Of a stretch of DNA of 24,000 bases, positions 19,042-24,000 are shown piece by piece. Below the pieces are notes generated by a model. It saw only the letters and a program-made list of their open reading frames with translations. It was not told the origin of the DNA and did not search any database. The stretch is from Metamycoplasma hominis ATCC 23114. GTDB taxonomy: Bacteria; Bacillota_I; Bacilli_A; Mycoplasmatales; Metamycoplasmataceae. The stretch spans positions 270,516 through 294,515 of the forward strand of contig NC_013511.1 in NCBI RefSeq assembly GCF_000085865.1, in the 5' to 3' direction. Numbering within the stretch: position 1 is the first letter of the stretch; each line of letters starts with the position of its first letter. The position numbers were made by a program, and so were the translations under genes.

Positions 19042-19913
19042 TGCAAGTTTTTGATTGAGATTTTAAAGCAAAGTTAAACATAAATGAACCTTTAACAATT
19101 TGTTTAGGTTCGTTTGAAACATTACATTTAGGGCACAACGAATTATTTAAAATAGCAAAAGATTTAAAGCAAAGTTATCCAGATCAAAAATTAGCAATAA
19201 TGATGTTTAAAAATCCAGTTAAAAATTCTCAGGTATTAACAAAAAAAGCAATGCAACCAAAAACTAGATTATATACATTAGCAATGTTGGGATTTGATTA
19301 TGTTTTTTTAGTTGATGTAAACCAAACGATATTGAATTGTAGTTATAGTGATTTTATTCAAGGATTAAAAATAAACAACGTTAAAAATGTTGTTTGTGGT
19401 CAAGATTTTAGGTTTGGGTTCAATAGAGAGGGTAACATTGATAAATTAAAAAAATATTTCAATGTATATGTTGCCAATGAATTAAAGGTAAATAAACAAA
19501 AAATTTCTTCAACAATAATCAATGAATTTATTGAAGAAGGAAACATAAATGGCTTGAACAAATTACTAATAGACAAATATTCAATAATTGTAAATTCTCA
19601 AAAATTTAATTTCAAATATCCAGAACATTTAAATCAATTAAAAGCAGGAATTTATATTGCCAATGTCGTTTGAAATAACATTGAATATCACGGCTTAATT
19701 TTTATAAATAAAAATCAATTTGACTCAAATAATAACCTGCAAGAAAACAACATAATTTATTTATTTGATATTGATTATTTTATTTCGAAATATCAAGAAC
19801 TTTACATTGAATTTTTGCAATGCATTAGACATATAAATAATAATAGTGAAAATCAAATTTCAACAAATGATATTGAAATTGCAAAGAATTACTTCATTGC
19901 CAACAAAAAATAA
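19041..19913 (+). CDS. ribF: Bifunctional riboflavin kinase / FAD synthetase RibF (290 aa)
   Basis: The ATG overlaps the preceding stop (TAATG). The N-terminus LGSFETLHLGHNELF carries the nucleotidyltransferase HxGH motif. In-frame TGA codons lie at 19056 and 19671. The track fragment 19200-19673 is internal and in frame. The stop is TAA at 19911-19913. Confidence 0.85.
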
Positions 19914-19921
19914 TATTAAAC

Positions 19922-19956
19922 AAAAATAGCAAGTTTGTAACACTTGCTATTTTTTA
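19922..19956. terminator. Bidirectional terminator between the convergent ribF and helicase genes
   Basis: The stem is atagcaagt (19926-19934) paired with acttgctat (19942-19950), 9 bp, with a 7-nt loop. A5 lies upstream and T6 downstream. Confidence 0.75.
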
Positions 19957-19976
19957 ACAAAATATATTATTTTAAT

Positions 19977-22900
19977 TTAATCTTTGTTGTTCAAGTCAAT
20001 ATATTCAATATCGCCGTTTGAAATAACTTTAATTAACCCTAAATTATTTAAATATCCATATAGATCATTTAATTTTGAAATATTATTTTCTGTTCTTGCT
20101 ATTAGTAATGTTTTTAAAATAGTATTAGTTAAATTGTTTTTTAAAATAGAACTTTTTGAATTGTTTAAAACTTGTTTTATTAAATCAAACATTTCCAACG
20201 AACTTATTTCTGATATTTTTCTATTGTCACAATCCTTTGGCATTCTAAAAGTATTTGGCTTTGAAACATCATGATAAAAGATTTCGCCATCAGGATTTAT
20301 TAATTTTTCTAACATTTTATTATTAACAAAATAATTTATAGAATTTTCACAAAGAAATTTATAAGTATATTCGTCTTTATTTAAAGCTAGGTTCACGAAT
20401 ATATCTTTTATCATTTTATTGATTTCTTTTTCTCTATAAGTATGGCCATAATTAAACATTTGTTTAACAATTTCATAGCCATTTAACAAAGGATTTCTTT
20501 TGTTTGACTTTTCTATAAAATTTAGTGTCTTACGATATGAGTAATTAAACGGAAGTCATTCTTCAAAATTAAAATTATCTCTTTTTTCAATAATTTCAAA
20601 TTGACTATTTTCAATCGTTTTATATTCATTTTGCTTTACAACAAATTTTTTTTGTTTAATTTGATTTACTTTATCAACTATTTTTTCTAATTCTCTTTTT
20701 TTGTTTTTAAATCAATTTAAAGATCAAATTCTGTGAATTATTCAACCTCTTGACTCAAGTAGCATTTGTCTAATCGCATCTCTATCACGAGCGCTTTTTG
20801 ATGAATGATATGTGGCGCCATCGCATTCAATACCTAAAATATATTTCGATGGATTTTTATCATCAACAATTGCTAAATCTATTTTAAATTTTGAACATCC
20901 CACTTGAGTATTTACTTTAAATCCAAGCTTCTTAAGTTCATCATAAACTTGGATTTCAAACTCACTATCAAATATTTTAGTGTCATCTTGTAATATATCA
21001 TCTGATTTGCTGTCGTAACCAAATTCTGCAAATTGTAAATATTGCTTTAAAAATCTTAGTCCTTCGTTTTTTAAATCGTCTACTTTTAAATCAGAATATG
21101 ATATTGAAGATACAACAATAGTTGCTTCCTTGGCTCTACTTATTGCGACGTTTAGTCTCTTTTCACCGCCAACATTATTTAATGGTCCAAAGAATCTTGA
21201 CAATCTTCCGTTTTTATCCCAACTATTTGTAATTCCTAAAATAATGATGTCTCTTTCATCACCTTGAACACTTTCAATGTTCTTAACAAAAATTTTATTT
21301 TCTGTGTCTAAATCCATATATTCAGGATTTTCATTCATAAATAAGAATAATTTGTGATCAATTAAGTTAGCTTGTTTTAAATTAAACGTTACAACTCCAA
21401 ATGTTTTTGTATTGCCATAATAATCTTTTAATTGCTTTATTAATTCAATGATTCTATTTGCTTCAATTTCGTTTGTTTGATCTTCATAAATTCCATTAAC
21501 CTTAATAAATGAAACGCCTTCAAAAGGAAGCAATTCCCCGTCTTTCTTGGCGGTTTTTTGATATGTTGGAAAAGTAATTAATTTATTATCATAAACGAAC
21601 TTATTTGAAGGCAAAATTAATTCTTCAAATTTTGAACGATAGTGTCATTTTAATGCAACTTGTCTAAATGAGCTTTGCATTCTTTCAAGAAGTGAATCAT
21701 AATCATTTTCTTCGTTGACTATTTCTTCGTCTTCGTTTGGTTCTTGCTCGCTAGACATAGTTTTAAAGAAATTAGTTGGTGGCAATTGATTTATATCACC
21801 AGCAATAATAATTTGTTTAGCCTTAATCATTGATATCAAGGCATTTTCTGTCGTTAATTGAGAAGCCTCATCAAAAATTACACTATCAAATGTAATGCTA
21901 CTATCCGCTAAATATGTACTTAACGAAGAAGGAGACATCATAAAACAAGGCTTAATATTTTGAATTAAATTTGGAATTTCTTTAAATAGTTTTCTGATCG
22001 GTTTTTTATTTCTAACTTTTGAATATTCCTTCTTTAAAATTTCTAATTCATCATTGTATATTGTCGAATTTAACGTAGGCAAATTGTTTGATAAATTTTC
22101 AATTATTTTGAATTTAGCAATTTCATTTAGCTTTAAACAAGAGTCTTTAAAAACATTGATAATTTTTTCATATTCTCTATCGTTTCAATCTGCTAAATCA
22201 ATTGATAAATAGTAATCAATTAAAAGTTGATAAAATCTTTTATTAAAAATATTTTCAATACTATTTTGTTTTAAACAATCAATATCTAGCAATTCAATAG
22301 CATCCACAAAATCATTAGTAAAGGGGTTGTCTTTTAATTCTTGTCTTGATTTTATATAACTACAATATGCTTCAGGATATTCATCAGAATCAATTAAAAA
22401 ATTTAGTTTTTTTATAAAATCATTAACTTTATAATTTGAATTTGAATAATCTACATATTTATTGTTAAAGTAGTCATTGAATTTATCTTCAAAAGTCATT
22501 GAATTTTTATATAAATTTATGTAATTATTTGTTAATTGAATATGGCTTAATAAAAAGTTAAAAAAGCTAATTTTTAAATTTTGATCAAATTTTAATTCAC
22601 TTAATTGATTATTAATAATTTCATATTTAGAAAATATATTTAGTTGTTGCTTTAAACTATTAAGATCCATTTCATTATAGTTTTCTTTAAATAAAAAAGG
22701 AATTTTATTTGTTAAAAGCGTAATTGCATTTTTAGCAAGTTGAATGTTGTTTAATGCCACTAAATCTTTTAACAAGTTTTTGTAATTTAAATTAGAAGAT
22801 ATAAAATTAATTTTTAATTCTTTTTTTATTGCTCTATATCTCTTTGAAAAAAGACGCTTAAAAATATTATTTCGAGATTTCATAAAATCTAAATTCTTAT

Positions 22901-24000
22901 AAATTTCACTATTAAAAATATTTTGATTATATCTTGAAAGAATTCAGTCAATATCAGGTTGAATTCTTTCTTTTTGCAATAGTATTTCATTTAGGGTTTG
23001 TGTTGCATTTGTTTCATAATACGAAAAAATTTCTAAATATTTTGGATTTATATCTATATCTTGTATATTTGAAAAAATTTTAAAAAATGAATTAAATAAT
23101 GAATAATTGCTATTTTTAATATATTGTTGATAATTGTTTGGAATTTCAAGATCTAAGAAATTGATTAGGCTTTGAATTTCATTAATTAAATGGCTAGAAA
23201 TCTCTTTAATGTTTTCTAAATCTTGAAGCTTTACATCCAAAATCGAAAGCCCGTATCATAAACTTTCCTTAGCGTTGAAATTTATATTTTTATAATTTAA
23301 ATTAAACTTATTTAAACTACTTTGAATTTTAACAAACTGTTCATTATCCATTTTTTCAAAATCTCTAATATCGAAATTTATACCTTTTGTATTGGCAAGT
23401 AATTTTTGATAATCACCAATCATTAAATATAATGAGCGACCTAATGGTTTTCTATTTGATAATATCTTTCTAACAAAATCATTCATTTTTTCTAACGAGT
23501 CGCTATATAAGTAATCATTATTAGCAATAACTTCATTACTTACTTTTTTAAATTTTTGACCGTCTTGCAATGTTTCATACAAATCATTAGAAAAATCTTT
23601 TTTATTGCTGTTATTGCTATGAATAAGTAAAATAAAATTAGCAAATCCAAGATTTTGGATTGATTTATAAACAACATCCAAAGCAGCCTTTTTTTCAGCA
23701 ACAAATAGAACCTTTTTATCTCTTGCAATTAATTCACTTATTATATTTGCTATAGTTTGAGATTTTCCAGTTCCTGGAGGACCTTGAATAATAAAACTAT
23801 TTCCTTTAATTGCTGATTGAATAGCTGCTTCTTGCGAAGAATTAGTCATTAGGCAGTGATAATAGCCTTTAGGAGAAACTATATTATCAACTTCTTCTTC
23901 AGAATACAAATATTCAGAACTAAAAACATTGTTAATCCCTGTCATTGCATTCATAATTTCTGAATTAATGATATTATCTTTATTTTTATCAACATCTAAA
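19977..24000 (-). CDS. Giant Upf1-like SF1 helicase fused to a Vsr/DUF559-like (PD-(D/E)xK) nuclease and a DUF3320-like C-terminal region; 5' end lies outside the window (more than 1340 aa seen)
   Basis: Six track fragments (19977-20489, 20742-21614, 21645-22082, 22185-22883, 22944-23240, 23256-23954) share one frame. I checked every junction: only TGA intervenes, and the apparent fragment starts are internal TTG/ATG codons. Helicase motifs are motif I GPPGTGKSQT (23783-23760), VLFVAEKKAALDVV, motif II DEASQ (21872-21858), GDINQLPPT, HYRS, VQGDERD and RLNVAISRAK. The nuclease core is KIDLAIVDD...LGIECDGATYHSSKSARDRDAIRQMLLESRGWIIHRIWSLNW. The frame stays open to position 24000, and the stop is TAA at 19979-19977. 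Confidence 0.88.

Noticed and set aside
1-24000. A search for IS elements, transposases, integrases, restriction-modification genes, toxin-antitoxin pairs, rRNA genes or CRISPR-cas.
   Set aside because: None of the code-4 translations on either strand shows the corresponding motifs. The only terminal inverted repeats seen are terminator hairpins.

Overview
This is an AT-rich Mollicutes (Mycoplasma-like) chromosomal segment, and it only makes sense when TGA is read as Trp (genetic code 4). The supplied ORF track used TGA as a stop, so it splits almost every real gene. It also reports many spurious antisense ORFs. I re-read the frames by hand, checking that in-frame TAA/TAG codons are absent across the TGA junctions. 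The window then resolves into the following blocks. (1) 1-5160 (-): one giant 1719-aa lipoprotein made of BspA-type leucine-rich repeats. It contains nested, near-identical DNA duplications and has a T17 homopolymer in its 5' region. (2) 5430-8998 (-): a tightly packed mraZ-rsmH-(divergent FtsA-position gene)-ftsZ division operon. (3) 9188-9586 (+): a cluster of four tRNAs. (4) 9713-13335 (-): a pair of half-transporter ABC exporter genes with the signature of one degenerate ATP site. (5) 13473-15744 (-): a 584-aa lipoprotein gene that overlaps a signal-less downstream ORF at an A6 tract. (6) 16023-16362 (-): a cluster of three tRNAs. (7) 16571-19913 (+): truB, a Cof-type HAD phosphatase, a SpoU/TrmH methyltransferase and ribF. 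(8) 19977 to beyond 24000 (-): a 5'-truncated ORF of more than 1340 aa encoding an Upf1-like SF1 helicase fused to a Vsr/DUF559-like nuclease and a DUF3320-like tail. I found no rRNA genes, CRISPR arrays, transposases or integrases. The most unusual objects are the modular LRR lipoprotein with its candidate homopolymer switch and the giant helicase-nuclease fusion. All domain calls rest on motif recognition by eye, and no database search was possible.
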